From assembly GCA_004431415.1 (NCBI GenBank), contig QPMI01000514.1:372001-436000 (forward strand): a DNA stretch of 64,000 nt. The letters are read 5' to 3'. The notes under the pieces were generated by a model. That model searched no databases, was not told where the DNA came from, and worked only from the letters and a program-made list of their open reading frames with translations. This DNA comes from Cyanophora paradoxa CCMP329. Taxonomy: Eukaryota > Plantae > Glaucophyta. Position 1 is the first letter of the stretch, and every line of letters begins with the position of its first letter. A program made the translations under genes and the position numbers. Below, in pieces: positions 48,701 through 59,316 of the stretch.

Positions 48701-51700
48701 ATGGAACGACGGTTTGAGATCGCGCGGCTCAAAGAGCAGATAGCAGGCCAGGCCGAGGTTTTGTACAATCGCAGGTTTATTCATGGACAATTTAGAAACA
48801 AACTACAGCGCATCAGTGCGAGTGGCTCACGTACGAGACTACCGACACTTCAGAAATACGCATCACTTTTGAACGAGCTTTCAACAGTACCAAGACCGCC
48901 GAGACCAGTTTCAGCTGCTCGGCTAGAGGTTGCTATTGCTGAGGGTATTGTAGCAGGATTTTCAGAGCTTCCCGATCCGAGTGTGAGCGAGTTCAGCGAA
49001 ACTGAAGTTACTGAGGAGGACGGCACAGTGACGACACGTACAGCGCTGAACGGGACATATGCTGACTGGGAGTACAGGCCCTCACGTGGAACAGGCCGAG
49101 TCACATCGATGCAGGCACAGATTGAAAATAATGCAAGATTCAGAGCAGGCGCAGTGGCATTTGTAAGCGTGCAGCAAGAATTAGCAAGTCAGGATCGAAT
49201 GGGTATAGCTTTGCAGGTATCAGGAGTTGGACTATATCGCAAGCCTAACGAGGACTCAGCGCTTGCAGTAGTCATTGAGCACAGGAAATTTTACCGCATA
49301 CTCCCAGGGTCAGACGTTGTTGAGGCGATCCGCTCACAGCTGGAGGAGCTAGATACTATTGCGCAGGAAAAGAGTCGTGATTCTTCCGCCTTCGAGACGT
49401 GGATTAAGCTACGCTTTACCGCGATTAGATACTTCAGGCGTATGGGTGGCCGCGGACGCGGGTTTGTACTTCCGAGCTGGCTTGCACTCAAGCAGGCCTT
49501 GATCAATATCAATGCACCAAACAACGAGTGCTTTAAATATGCTGTCCTCGCAGCGCGCAATCCGCTGGCCCCAGGGGTGGATTCGAGACATGCAGGAAGC
49601 TATCGGCAGCACGAGGCATCGCTAGATTGTACGATGCTAACGTATCCGACACCACTCGATTCGAAAATGTTCAGTAAATTTGAGTGTGCGAATAATGTTA
49701 AGCTCTGCGTCTACACGACTGCGCTAGACAAGCAAGACATCGTTCCGATCCACATTAGCGCAGCAACGGATGCTATACCGATACTTTACGTGCCAGCAGG
49801 CGACGGGAATGATGTGGGACATTATTTGTGGATAAAGAACATATCGCGCCTGTTTGGAAAGCATGGGTCGAATGCGAAGCACTATTGCTTGGCCTGCCAG
49901 TGCGGCTTTGGCTCTGACGAGGCCTTTCAGAATCATCTTAAATACGACCGGTGCCTTGATCGAGATGAGCACGCCAGGGACGTGCTTCCGAAAAAGGGCG
50001 AGCACTTTATAAAATTCAATAGTTTCGAAAAGACGATTCGCCAAAGACTAGTTGGGTATGCTGACTCGGAAACTATGACTGTACCTGTTTTACAGACCGA
50101 GAGTCCAGCAAAGACGAAGCAGCTAGGAGTCCACGCAATAGCGTCGATCGGCTGCTTAGTTATTCTAAACAAGGGGCAAAATCAAGGAACGAATGAAACT
50201 GTAGAAAGCGTTGAAAATTCAGAGACGATGCAACAGGAGCAGTTTTGGTTCTCGCATATGGGATCACAAACTGAGGAGTCTGCAGAAGCATTTGTTGCTT
50301 GGCTAGATGAAAAAGAGCCGCAGTTTAAGGGAATCTTGGAGGAGAAAGCGACGATGCAGATTACACAGGCGCAAGAGCGCTCCTTTCAGGCAGCAGAAAC
50401 ATGCTATATGTGTGGAAGCGAGTTTAAAGAAGTCAAAGATAAAAATCGAGATCACTGCCACGACTCCGGGCAGTATCTTGGAGCGGCATGCAATGCCTGC
50501 AACAGGCGACGAGCAAAAGCTGCCGCCGTGCCAATATTCTTTCACAATGGACGAGGATTTGACTTTCACCTATTAGTGAGGGCTTTAGCAGCAGGATATA
50601 ACCGGCGGAAAGTCGCAGAAAATGCATTCCGAGACGAGGTCGAGCGCAAGTTTCAAGCAAAATACGCAGGACGTGAGCTTAGTACAGATCATGCAATAAA
50701 TGCAAAGAAGCGACTTGAGCGTGAATTACGTCCTCGTGAGTTACTGTCGACGAAGTTTGACCAGGTGTTTCAGAACAGCGAGCGTATGTCACAGTTCACA
50801 TACGGCATTTACGTTTTCCGTGACTCTGCTCAGCACCTACAGGGTAGTCTCGATAGCCTTGCGGCTGCAGTACCTGATGTGAAAAAGAATATCACACGTG
50901 CACTACATGAGAGCGAGACACGGTTCAAACTAATGACGCGCAAGGGTGTCTATCCATACAAGTACATTACGGGCTGGGATCGTCTTGCAGAGACATCACT
51001 ACCAGGACGCCGCCAATTTTACAATGAGCTAAAACAGTTGAAGTGCTCTCGTGATGATTATATCCACGCTCAATCGGTCTGGCGTGAGCTTGGTTGCAGG
51101 ACAATGGCTGACTATACATTGGAGTACATGAAGACAGACATAGCTCTTCTAGGAGACATATTTGAAAACTACCGTGACACGTGTATGGAGACGTATAAGC
51201 TGGACCCAAGCTACTTTATGAGCATTCCAGGTTTCTCGTGGCAAGCAGCTTTGAAACACACTGGCCAGCAACTGGAGCTGTTTCACGAAGGGCAAGAAGA
51301 TATGCACCGCTTTATTGAGAAAGGGATTCGGGGAGGAATCTCGATGATATCAACACGCTATGCTAGAGCTAATAATGCCTGGATTGATAAGTACATCGTG
51401 GGTCACAGGAAAAAACAGGGCTGGTTACTTTATCTCGATGCGAATAATCTTTATGGACTTTCTATGAAACAGAAACTTCCTACAGGGGACTTCAAATGGG
51501 AGAACATTAGTATTACTACTGATCCTAAACTGTATATCACAGACCTAGATGCAAACGGTCCACGAGGGTTTGCTTTGGAGGTTGACATGCATTGTCCAGA
51601 AGAGCTGCATGATTATTTTAGTGATTATCCACTTGCTCCCGAGCGTATGTGCATTGTAAAAGAGCACCTATCAGAGGCGCAGCGAAAAACTATTGAGCGT

Positions 51701-52744
51701 GAAAAACTAAGCGGGATCGAGAGAACGCCAAAGCTGGTTCCAAACCTGTTGCCAAAGAAGAATTATGTTGTTGATGCACGAGTGCTACAGTTTTATGTGT
51801 CGATGGGAATGGTTGTTTCTAGAATACACAGAGTGCTTTCGTTCGAGCAAAGTGCATGGCTAGAGAGCTATATCGATTTGAACACTCTGAAGCGAAAACA
51901 GGCAGAATTCCCGTATGAAAAAGATCTTTATAAGCTACTAAATAATGCGGTGTTTGGGAAAACGATGGAAAACGTACGCAAGCACTGCAATTCAGAGCTT
52001 GTGACAACAGGAGAACGACTAGCGAAAATCAACACAGAGCCGAACCGCTTGAGACAGGTCGCTATCTATGACGAAAACTTGGTGTATGTAAATAAGCGAA
52101 AGAGCGAATACAAACTCAACAAACCGATCTACTGTGGGTTCACAATCCTTGATCTATCAAAGCTACATATGTATCGGTTTTACTACCAGGTGCTGAAAGC
52201 GCTTTGGGGCGAGCGGCTTAAGCTACTTGGAACAGATACAGACAGTCTCATTATTCAGATTGAGACCGAAAATTTATACGAGGACCTTCGCAAAATCAAA
52301 AACGAGCTAGATGTTAGTGAATACCCTACGAGTCACCCGTTCTTTGAAGGGATGTCAGAAGACGAAGTGCAGCGACTAAGATCGATGGGCAAGGTTCCAG
52401 GGCTGTTCAAGGACGAGTGTGGCGGCAGACAAATGCTTGAGTGGATCGCGAACCGACCGAAATCGTACTATATGAGCACAGAGGAATCACAAGTGCACAA
52501 GTGCAAGGGCGTTAACAAGACGTTCAGCAGCTCGCTGACACGAGAGCGATACTACGACTGCATCTTTGGGGGCATATCATGCAACGTAGATGGAATTCTC
52601 GGCTTCAGATCGAAACAGCATCGGATCTGGCTACAGCGGACATCAAAGCAAGCCCTACACCCGCTTGATACCAAGCGATTCCTGTGCGAGGATGGTGTGA
52701 ACACCAGGGCGATAGGTCACTATAAAAATCTTTCGAATAACTAA
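48701..52744 (+). CDS. Protein-primed family B DNA polymerase of element B (intact, 1347 aa)
   Basis: Exonuclease motifs YADSE, FHNGRGFD and YMKTD, KGVYPY, polymerase motifs DANNLYG, KLLNNAVFGK and DTDS, an EndoVII-like RDHCH..G..ACNACN insert and an NNECF...GHY domain. Confidence 0.95.
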   Translation: MERRFEIARLKEQIAGQAEVLYNRRFIHGQFRNKLQRISASGSRTRLPTLQKYASLLNELSTVPRPPRPVSAARLEVAIAEGIVAGFSELPDPSVSEFSETEVTEEDGTVTTRTALNGTYADWEYRPSRGTGRVTSMQAQIENNARFRAGAVAFVSVQQELASQDRMGIALQVSGVGLYRKPNEDSALAVVIEHRKFYRILPGSDVVEAIRSQLEELDTIAQEKSRDSSAFETWIKLRFTAIRYFRRMGGRGRGFVLPSWLALKQALININAPNNECFKYAVLAARNPLAPGVDSRHAGSYRQHEASLDCTMLTYPTPLDSKMFSKFECANNVKLCVYTTALDKQDIVPIHISAATDAIPILYVPAGDGNDVGHYLWIKNISRLFGKHGSNAKHYCLACQCGFGSDEAFQNHLKYDRCLDRDEHARDVLPKKGEHFIKFNSFEKTIRQRLVGYADSETMTVPVLQTESPAKTKQLGVHAIASIGCLVILNKGQNQGTNETVESVENSETMQQEQFWFSHMGSQTEESAEAFVAWLDEKEPQFKGILEEKATMQITQAQERSFQAAETCYMCGSEFKEVKDKNRDHCHDSGQYLGAACNACNRRRAKAAAVPIFFHNGRGFDFHLLVRALAAGYNRRKVAENAFRDEVERKFQAKYAGRELSTDHAINAKKRLERELRPRELLSTKFDQVFQNSERMSQFTYGIYVFRDSAQHLQGSLDSLAAAVPDVKKNITRALHESETRFKLMTRKGVYPYKYITGWDRLAETSLPGRRQFYNELKQLKCSRDDYIHAQSVWRELGCRTMADYTLEYMKTDIALLGDIFENYRDTCMETYKLDPSYFMSIPGFSWQAALKHTGQQLELFHEGQEDMHRFIEKGIRGGISMISTRYARANNAWIDKYIVGHRKKQGWLLYLDANNLYGLSMKQKLPTGDFKWENISITTDPKLYITDLDANGPRGFALEVDMHCPEELHDYFSDYPLAPERMCIVKEHLSEAQRKTIEREKLSGIERTPKLVPNLLPKKNYVVDARVLQFYVSMGMVVSRIHRVLSFEQSAWLESYIDLNTLKRKQAEFPYEKDLYKLLNNAVFGKTMENVRKHCNSELVTTGERLAKINTEPNRLRQVAIYDENLVYVNKRKSEYKLNKPIYCGFTILDLSKLHMYRFYYQVLKALWGERLKLLGTDTDSLIIQIETENLYEDLRKIKNELDVSEYPTSHPFFEGMSEDEVQRLRSMGKVPGLFKDECGGRQMLEWIANRPKSYYMSTEESQVHKCKGVNKTFSSSLTRERYYDCIFGGISCNVDGILGFRSKQHRIWLQRTSKQALHPLDTKRFLCEDGVNTRAIGHYKNLSNN

Positions 52745-53672
52745 TGGCACCCTCATTCAAAATCACTGCACCACCAGGGGCATATCAAGTCGACATACTT
52801 TTCATAGGACGTTTTCGACTATTTGCAGCGATTGAGATTGCAACTCGATTCGCAGTTGTCAGAAAGCTTGAAGATGCTAAACAGATTCCGAAATTCATCG
52901 CTCAGCTGCCTGGGATCTGGGGTTTTTCGGGCGACAATGGCTTTAATACGGCTGCTGTGCGGGCAATGGCCGAAGAGAATTCATTTTCGATGCACACTGA
53001 CGTCGCTAAGGATGATCACATATCGAAAGGCGACAAGCTAGGGATCATCGATCGATTCGCACGGACATTGCGAGCCATGATTCAGGCAGACACAGAGGAA
53101 CGAGGGTCGCCGAATTTTCTCTCCGGCTGCCTGCTTTGATCAAGGCATACAATCAAACAAAACACAGCTCTTTTGGCAGAGAGTATTCACCAGCCTGGAT
53201 GCGAGATCACCCGCAGATCGCTGCCCAGCTGCACCAGGTGCGTCAACGACAGAACGACATTGAGAGAGACGCGTTGAATCTACCAAAGCCAGGGACTGAG
53301 GTGCAGATACTGGAGCCTAAGAGCAGCATCTTTGCGAAGGGAGCTACGAAACCGAGCAAGGAGACGTACACAGTCGTGGGACAGGACAGGAACCGAATAA
53401 GGGTCGCAACCAAAGAGGGACAGATATTAAGCCGTAGAATCAAGCCTTCAGAAATTCGAGCCCCGAGACAGCTTCCAAATCAGTCAAAAATAGAACGAGC
53501 TGCGGCCAAAGCAAAGCAAGAGCAACAGCTACGGCGCGAGGGTCTCATTGAAACGAAAAAGTATAGCGGACAAAGTCGGCAAGCTCGTGAGCTCAAAAAA
53601 CTAGAGGTTGCAGGGGAGCCTTCACTGCGATTAGGAAGTAAGGTCGCTGGAAACTATGCCCGCCGCAATTAG
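52744..53672 (+). CDS. RVE integrase of element B; -1 frameshift near 53124
   Basis: YQVDILF, SGDNGF, GIIDRFARTL and YNQTKHSS. The C-terminal RREG...RELKKL is shared with the element A integrase. Confidence 0.8.
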
Positions 53673-53948
53673 CGACCTAATTTCAGTGCGCCTTCGCTCT
53701 CGGTATTTTCGGTCGTTGTCAAGTTTTCGTTCAGGGTGTGCAAGGTTATATTGACGGGAGACAGCAATCTGCCGCTGCCGGTAATCTGGATTTTCATGGT
53801 ATCGCTTTCGCTGCAGATCTGCACGTCTTTTGCGTCTCTCTGCAAGTATCTCTGGCGTAACCTCACTACGTATGTGCACAGGCTTCTCAAAATTCTTGCG
53901 AGGCCTGCCTCGTGGACGGGAAGCAGCCGTGATTTCCGCACTGTCCAT
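53631..53948 (-). CDS. Small basic protein with N-terminal AT-hook
   Basis: RPRGRPRK and QRKRYHENPDYRQRQ. Confidence 0.6.
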   Translation of the reverse strand: MDSAEITAASRPRGRPRKNFEKPVHIRSEVTPEILAERRKRRADLQRKRYHENPDYRQRQIAVSRQYNLAHPERKLDNDRKYRERRRTEIRSLIAAGIVSSDLTS

Positions 53949-54049
53949 TATGAGTGGGTATGTGATTGATATATAGGAAAGAAATTCGAGAAACGTTTAT
54001 GGCGCGTTCAAATCGAAAAATTAAATCGCAGCGGTTTATATAAAACAAA

Positions 54050-54268
54050 ATGGTCGCAGGAACAATTCGATTTGGGAAGTACCGAGGTGAGACTCATTTG
54101 AAGGTTGTTTTAACCGATCCGAAATATGCCGAATGGCTAATGTCTTGGGAACATCTTCGTGAGTATGATAAACGTGAATTGCAGCGTGCATTTGAGATTT
54201 CGCAATTAGAAGATTTGACTTTGCATCAACGACGTCCTACAGTTGAACTACCAGATTTCACAACCTAA
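54050..54268 (+). CDS. Small protein with FGKY.G...DP.Y..W motif (ExoX C-terminal/DUF3820-like)
   Basis: IRFGKYRGETHLKVVLTDPKYAEWL, with TATATAAAA upstream. Confidence 0.65.
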   Translation: MVAGTIRFGKYRGETHLKVVLTDPKYAEWLMSWEHLREYDKRELQRAFEISQLEDLTLHQRRPTVELPDFTT

Positions 54269-54887
54269 TCCTTCTCCCTCCCATCGCATTCTTCAGTTGC
54301 GACCCAGTAGCATTTGGCTCAGAAACATTGGGAGTTGCTGGTTTAACCTCGGCAGAGTCAAGCGATTGCTCGGCTTTAGCTTTTTCGTTTTTCAGATACC
54401 GCAAATCCGGCATGTCAACAGGTCTATGTTTAAACATCTCGCTACGAAGCATCTCCCTAATTTTCGAACGTTCTTTTTTCTCTTTTACGTAGCTCTCGAT
54501 ATTAGCTGATCGAGCCTCAAGATCTCGCAATTTAGCTGTTAGTTCCTCGATCTGACTCTTTGATACTGTTGCTGTCTTGATTTTTGGCCCTGAATAACGT
54601 GGTTCAGATGCCATGGCTTGGATAATTCTAGCAGCATCCTCATCAATATCAGACTGCATTTCGTTTACAGTTTTAGCCTGGCTTTGTCGGTCGTCAACCG
54701 CACTTGCGTTAGCTGCTGCGGACGCAATTGTTTTCGCTACGGGTGCATTTAGTTTGGGGTCACTAGCTAGTTCCCCGCTAGGATTAGCAACAGCTGCGCC
54801 TTCAGTCGACCCACTTTCAACGAGTGGTTCAACAACATTAACCTTGCGTCTTTCACGATATCCCTTCTTAGGAATCCCTTTTGCCAT
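54258..54887 (-). CDS. Conserved hypothetical coiled-coil protein downstream of the ATPase
   Basis: Homologue of 41753-42487 in the same position. Confidence 0.75.
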   Translation of the reverse strand: MAKGIPKKGYRERRKVNVVEPLVESGSTEGAAVANPSGELASDPKLNAPVAKTIASAAANASAVDDRQSQAKTVNEMQSDIDEDAARIIQAMASEPRYSGPKIKTATVSKSQIEELTAKLRDLEARSANIESYVKEKKERSKIREMLRSEMFKHRPVDMPDLRYLKNEKAKAEQSLDSAEVKPATPNVSEPNATGSQLKNAMGGRRIRL

Positions 54888-54896
54888 CTTCTGTTC

Positions 54897-55640
54897 TTAA
54901 GATAAGAATTTAAAACGCTTCTTTTTGGGAATAGGCGTTGACTCTTCTTTTTTAGACTCTTCTTCTTGTCTTAGCCATTTAGAGAAACGAAAACTCTTAT
55001 CTTCAACAGCTTTGTCGACGTACCAGGCCGTATCATACTTGGTCCCATCCAAAACTAAGCACTGATAATCGTGCGCCCAAGTTTGGAACAAAGCAATGAA
55101 TTCATCTTTCGGGATGTGAGAAAACTCTCTATAAATTGTCTCCAGTTCGGTGTGATTAGAGTAACTGAAGAAAAAACAATAGTCAGAGTTCGATCTTATA
55201 GACTGACTCAAAGCAGTCAATTTTTGCGTCATTAGAATGGTACTGATATTAAAATGACGACCTTGTGTAAAAAGGCGATTTACAGCCTTGCTATTTCGCA
55301 GATCAACAGTTTCAGACGCAGCAACGAGATCATCCAAGACTAGCAATATCTGCGGCGCTTTCTTTTTGTTTTCAATCAAATTTCGCTGTGAATCAATGAT
55401 TTCTGCAACAATAGATGGCTGAAAATCGTCGTAAAGCTCTTTAGTTATTGCAGAATACTCGCCGTTGAATTTGGTGGCGGTAAACACAACAACTCTATTG
55501 ATCTTTGGATATAACAGTCTAAGTAAATGCTTTGTGCAATAGAAAGACTTGCCGCTATTGGACTTCGATATAAATAGGGCTTTGAATGGTACCCTCATAT
55601 CGCTAGGCTGGAACTGTGCGAGCTCGTCTGACCCATCCAT
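54897..55640 (-). CDS. A32/FtsK-HerA family packaging ATPase (element B)
   Basis: SKSNSGKS, LVLDD and QGRHFNISTILMTQ. Confidence 0.92.
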   Translation of the reverse strand: MDGSDELAQFQPSDMRVPFKALFISKSNSGKSFYCTKHLLRLLYPKINRVVVFTATKFNGEYSAITKELYDDFQPSIVAEIIDSQRNLIENKKKAPQILLVLDDLVAASETVDLRNSKAVNRLFTQGRHFNISTILMTQKLTALSQSIRSNSDYCFFFSYSNHTELETIYREFSHIPKDEFIALFQTWAHDYQCLVLDGTKYDTAWYVDKAVEDKSFRFSKWLRQEEESKKEESTPIPKKKRFKFLS

Positions 55641-55660
55641 CAAAAAGATAGTCGGTGAAA

Positions 55661-57049
55661 TTAGAGGTTCACCTTACGAAGACCCGCAGCATCAACAATT
55701 AGGACAGTGTGAAGGAGAGCGCGAATTTGGACGTAAATTTTGTTGTTAGCATCATACGCAGCAGGGTTCATGATATTCAGGAAGCAGCTGCTGGAGTTCG
55801 TCAGATCTACGAAACCAGTTTGAGCAGCATTTCGAATCGATTTATCCCCACTAATGCAAAATGGCAATCCAGTCAGCACGTACCTATTCAAAGGTGCATC
55901 TAGATTGGAGCACTTGAAGACATCAGCGATGAGTTCGGCACCTTGCAGGAGAGGAACGGGCTCATTTGAATAAAGTCTCTGGCCATTCAATTCGCAGGAA
56001 ATAGTAATATCGCGAGCATTAGCCTCGGTTTTGAGGACACTGTGTTTTCCATCAGTTTGGTTCATGTTTGGCTGCTTGCGAATGCTAACGAACAGGCCGT
56101 AGCAAAGTCCACTGATTTGAGACAGATTAATCCGGGTGGGCGCTCCCGCACCAGCATAAGTAATTGAATCAGCATCAACCCAGCCGACATCGGTAGCGGG
56201 AATTGCGATTCCAGACGTTTTGACTTTCTCAATCACCTGGGCAAAAGTGGCCTCATCAACGTTGATGCAATGAGCAATAATCTTTGGATTCGAAAGCTCC
56301 GGATTGGCAGGGGTGACACTGAGAACATTGGGAGTTATATTCTGGCCGATGTTTGCAGGGGAAGCAGCAGCGGCTCCAACACTACCAAGGCCATCTTCTT
56401 TAGTGGCATCACCGCCGATGGCATATTCTGTTACAAACCTACCACCATAGCTGGTCTCGACGAAGCCCTGGGCACGATCACGGAACCAAACCTCGACAGA
56501 CACCTCGCCAGAAAGAGCACCAATTGGGAGCACAGAACCCTCCCAGGGACATGGGATTTTTACACTGAAAATACCTCCAGCACGATTTGTCCCCTGAGGT
56601 GGTGTTCCATGTAGCCAGCCACCGGACCGGTATTTCTTTTTGAGCTGAGCATCATCATTGTAAATCAGTGCGCTGTGAACAAGCCAGTCCTCGGGGACAA
56701 TGTAGCTGTAGGAAGCATATTTGATTTCGATTCGCTTTACGAGAGCACCAACCGATCGCAAATAACCAGTGCGAACCAGGTCAGTGTCACCAGTAAATGC
56801 TGTCAGCTCGGGAAGGGTAAACTGGAGTTCGAGTCCCTGAAGGAAATTGTATCGGGGCAGGAAATAAGTAACCCTCTTTCCGAAGCAGTCTCCATAGTCA
56901 TTGCTTGGGTTGACAACAACACGAACAGGCTTGGTTTGGCTCGTTAGACCTAACATAAGCTCGTTGTTCATGAAGAAGTCCTTCGCTTCCTGAGGTGTGG
57001 TGAGGAGCTCTTTGAGGCCGAGCCGCTGCAAATTCTGAGTAACATCCAT
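55661..57049 (-). CDS. Double jelly-roll major capsid protein (element B, intact)
   Basis: About 460 aa, beta-rich, with FGKRVTYFLPR...LQFTLPEL, LVKRIEI, LPIGAL and LNGQ. Lies between the ATPase and the minor capsid gene. Confidence 0.85.
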   Translation of the reverse strand: MDVTQNLQRLGLKELLTTPQEAKDFFMNNELMLGLTSQTKPVRVVVNPSNDYGDCFGKRVTYFLPRYNFLQGLELQFTLPELTAFTGDTDLVRTGYLRSVGALVKRIEIKYASYSYIVPEDWLVHSALIYNDDAQLKKKYRSGGWLHGTPPQGTNRAGGIFSVKIPCPWEGSVLPIGALSGEVSVEVWFRDRAQGFVETSYGGRFVTEYAIGGDATKEDGLGSVGAAAASPANIGQNITPNVLSVTPANPELSNPKIIAHCINVDEATFAQVIEKVKTSGIAIPATDVGWVDADSITYAGAGAPTRINLSQISGLCYGLFVSIRKQPNMNQTDGKHSVLKTEANARDITISCELNGQRLYSNEPVPLLQGAELIADVFKCSNLDAPLNRYVLTGLPFCISGDKSIRNAAQTGFVDLTNSSSCFLNIMNPAAYDANNKIYVQIRALLHTVLIVDAAGLRKVNL

Positions 57050-57100
57050 CGAAGTATATAATTGCAGTGAAAGAAAATAATTCTGCCGCTTCACCAAGAC

Positions 57101-58057
57101 TCAGTTTGACGAATTGATCCAAGGATATGTCTTTGACCTTTTCTGGAGCTGAAGTTTTGCAAGTTCGTAAACAACATCACCATTGGGTTCGTCAGGACCA
57201 TAACGAATTTCGAGAATAAATGACACAGGAGCTCCATTTAAATCAGCGATTCGCTGCATAAAATCGTAAATCTCAATAGTCACAGAGTAGAGGTCCAGCT
57301 TTGAATAAACATACTTATACAAAGGAGTTGCTTCAGTTGAATCATAGTAGGCTGTTTCGCCTGGACGGAGGGCGCTGGGAATGCTGAGCTTTGAGAAAAA
57401 GCCAGGAATTGAAGTATTGGGCATACTGACAAGGTCACCAATTTCAGGAATGCGAAGTAGCACATGATCATCGGGAGTGACATCGGGTTCATAAGCGCCT
57501 TCTATATATTGAATATCGACAGTTAAAGCCTTAGACCGAATCGGTAGAATTGATCGCAAGCCTAGCAGCTTTGCAGTTCGCTGAGCCCTAGCAACAGCCT
57601 GGTAGTTTCTGATTTCCCGCCCACCCAGGTTCGGTGCCAACATCAGAGCAATAAAGAACTCGAAGCTAGCTGTGAACCCTATTGATTTAACTGCTGAATT
57701 ATACGTGCACGTGATACCAGTCCCCGTCAACCTTTCGTTTATCTTTGTCACAAGCGAGGTGACGTCGTAATTTCCAGGTGGAATTGTAATGTTATTCCAG
57801 GCTCCAAAACCTGGCTGAGGTGGGTCTGGTCCCTCATTTGCAGGATCATATTTGCACCAATATATATACGTGTCAAACACTAAATCCTCTGCTGGATCGA
57901 GTGCATCAACTGTGCTCATTGTGTTGGGGATCTCAGCAGATACCAGGCGCACGGCTTTTACATCCTGATAAACTTTAGGCAGTCTTACTTTAAATTTTGA
58001 GGTGGATGTCAGCTCATCCGCTTGGTGGCTTGCAATGCAGACGTAGTCCGTCGGCAT
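57101..58057 (-). CDS. Minor capsid (penton-like) protein 1 (element B)
   Basis: LPKVYQDVKAVRLVSAEIPN, ITIPPGNY and DLNGAPVSFILEI. Confidence 0.72.
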   Translation of the reverse strand: MPTDYVCIASHQADELTSTSKFKVRLPKVYQDVKAVRLVSAEIPNTMSTVDALDPAEDLVFDTYIYWCKYDPANEGPDPPQPGFGAWNNITIPPGNYDVTSLVTKINERLTGTGITCTYNSAVKSIGFTASFEFFIALMLAPNLGGREIRNYQAVARAQRTAKLLGLRSILPIRSKALTVDIQYIEGAYEPDVTPDDHVLLRIPEIGDLVSMPNTSIPGFFSKLSIPSALRPGETAYYDSTEATPLYKYVYSKLDLYSVTIEIYDFMQRIADLNGAPVSFILEIRYGPDEPNGDVVYELAKLQLQKRSKTYPWINSSN

Positions 58058-58084
58058 CTTTTTTATATCAGTTAGAGAATAAAA

Positions 58085-59001
58085 ATGGTCGAAGACAAGC
58101 ATCGACGCTGCGCCAGGCTCAGCTTTGACAGTAGAGACAGAAGGCCAATCGATTCAGAGGCAAACTTTGTGCTAGAAATAAATGAACCTATAATCAATCC
58201 AGTTGCTGTTCGACTTACCCAGTGTGAGTTCGCAAACAGCCTTTACACGAGCATTAGAGATGAGTATCTTTCGATCACCTTCCCCAACATTTGGACGGAA
58301 AATCTGGCAGTTTTTGAGCCTGGTATAATTACTACTGCAAATATGGGCGAAACAGATCTTTACAACTTTGGCCTATCGTTTAAGTTTGAACTGGGGGAAT
58401 CGTAATAGCATATTTCAAATTGTTTCGGGACCCAGAGACACTGAAGATGTCTGCCTATTGCAACCGTTCCTGCACAGTAACCTGCCAGTTCAAAGCTCTA
58501 TCGAATCTGCTAGGGCTGAACCGAAATGAGCCCCTCCAGCTGTCTCCTATCGTGTTTGAAGGAGGACAAAGATCAGTAACTGCAGCTGAGCGATATCTCG
58601 AGGTTGCTGGCATTCCAGTAACACCTTCACACCCTGAATATGGCGTGGATTTCACCGAAAGAATGCGGAGTGAGCCACTTGGTTATGCTGTCGAATTTCC
58701 AAAGATAATTGACATGAACAGCGACCAGTATCTATTCCTAGTCTGTGAAGAGCTTCGACCATTTGCTTCAAAGCTTCGCCGTGGGGCCAAAACAATGTGC
58801 AACTACGGGCTTGCTCGAATTCAAATGAGTCAGGACGTTGGCAAATTCGTTTATATAAATCAGGATCATCAAAGCGAATGGATCCCCATCGAAGAGCGTC
58901 TTGTGCTGACTTCCTTGCGACTGCGCATTGTAGACAGAGATGGTGATGATGTATTACTGAATGGATTGCCATGGTCTGGGGAGCTCCAGTTCATCACTTA
59001 G
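58085..59001 (+). CDS. Minor capsid-like protein 2 (element B); -1 frameshift in G-run near 58395
   Basis: FDSRDR N-terminus, DMNSDQYL and LNGLPWSGELQF. Homologous to 45818-46749. Confidence 0.7.
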
Positions 59002-59015
59002 GGAAAGTCGCCAGA

Positions 59016-59316
59016 GTTGCAGACAAGCCGAAGGGTCGCAGACTAGCAGCGACGCTGCGCCTAAGGAGCCACTTGTGCTCCGCACAGCGACCGCTGCGCC
59101 AAACTGATTTGAAAAGTCGCAGACAAGCCGCTCGCTCGGCTGCGCCTGGGTTGCGCCCCGTTTTATTTCTTGGCACAATATATAAAAAATGTCGCAGTTG
59201 ATGCCCATAGCTCAGATTGAAAAGTACTTACCGTTGATGCGGGACAAAAAAGTATCACTTGTTGCGATTGGAGATAAGCCAAGCACAGTCGGCAGACAAG
59301 CTGCCTCGGCTGCGCC
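59016..59316 (+). repeat. Cluster of short palindromic repeats GTCGCAGAC(A/T)AGC...GCTGCGCC
   Basis: Variants at about 59016, 59035, 59082, 59115 and 59288. Confidence 0.65.
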
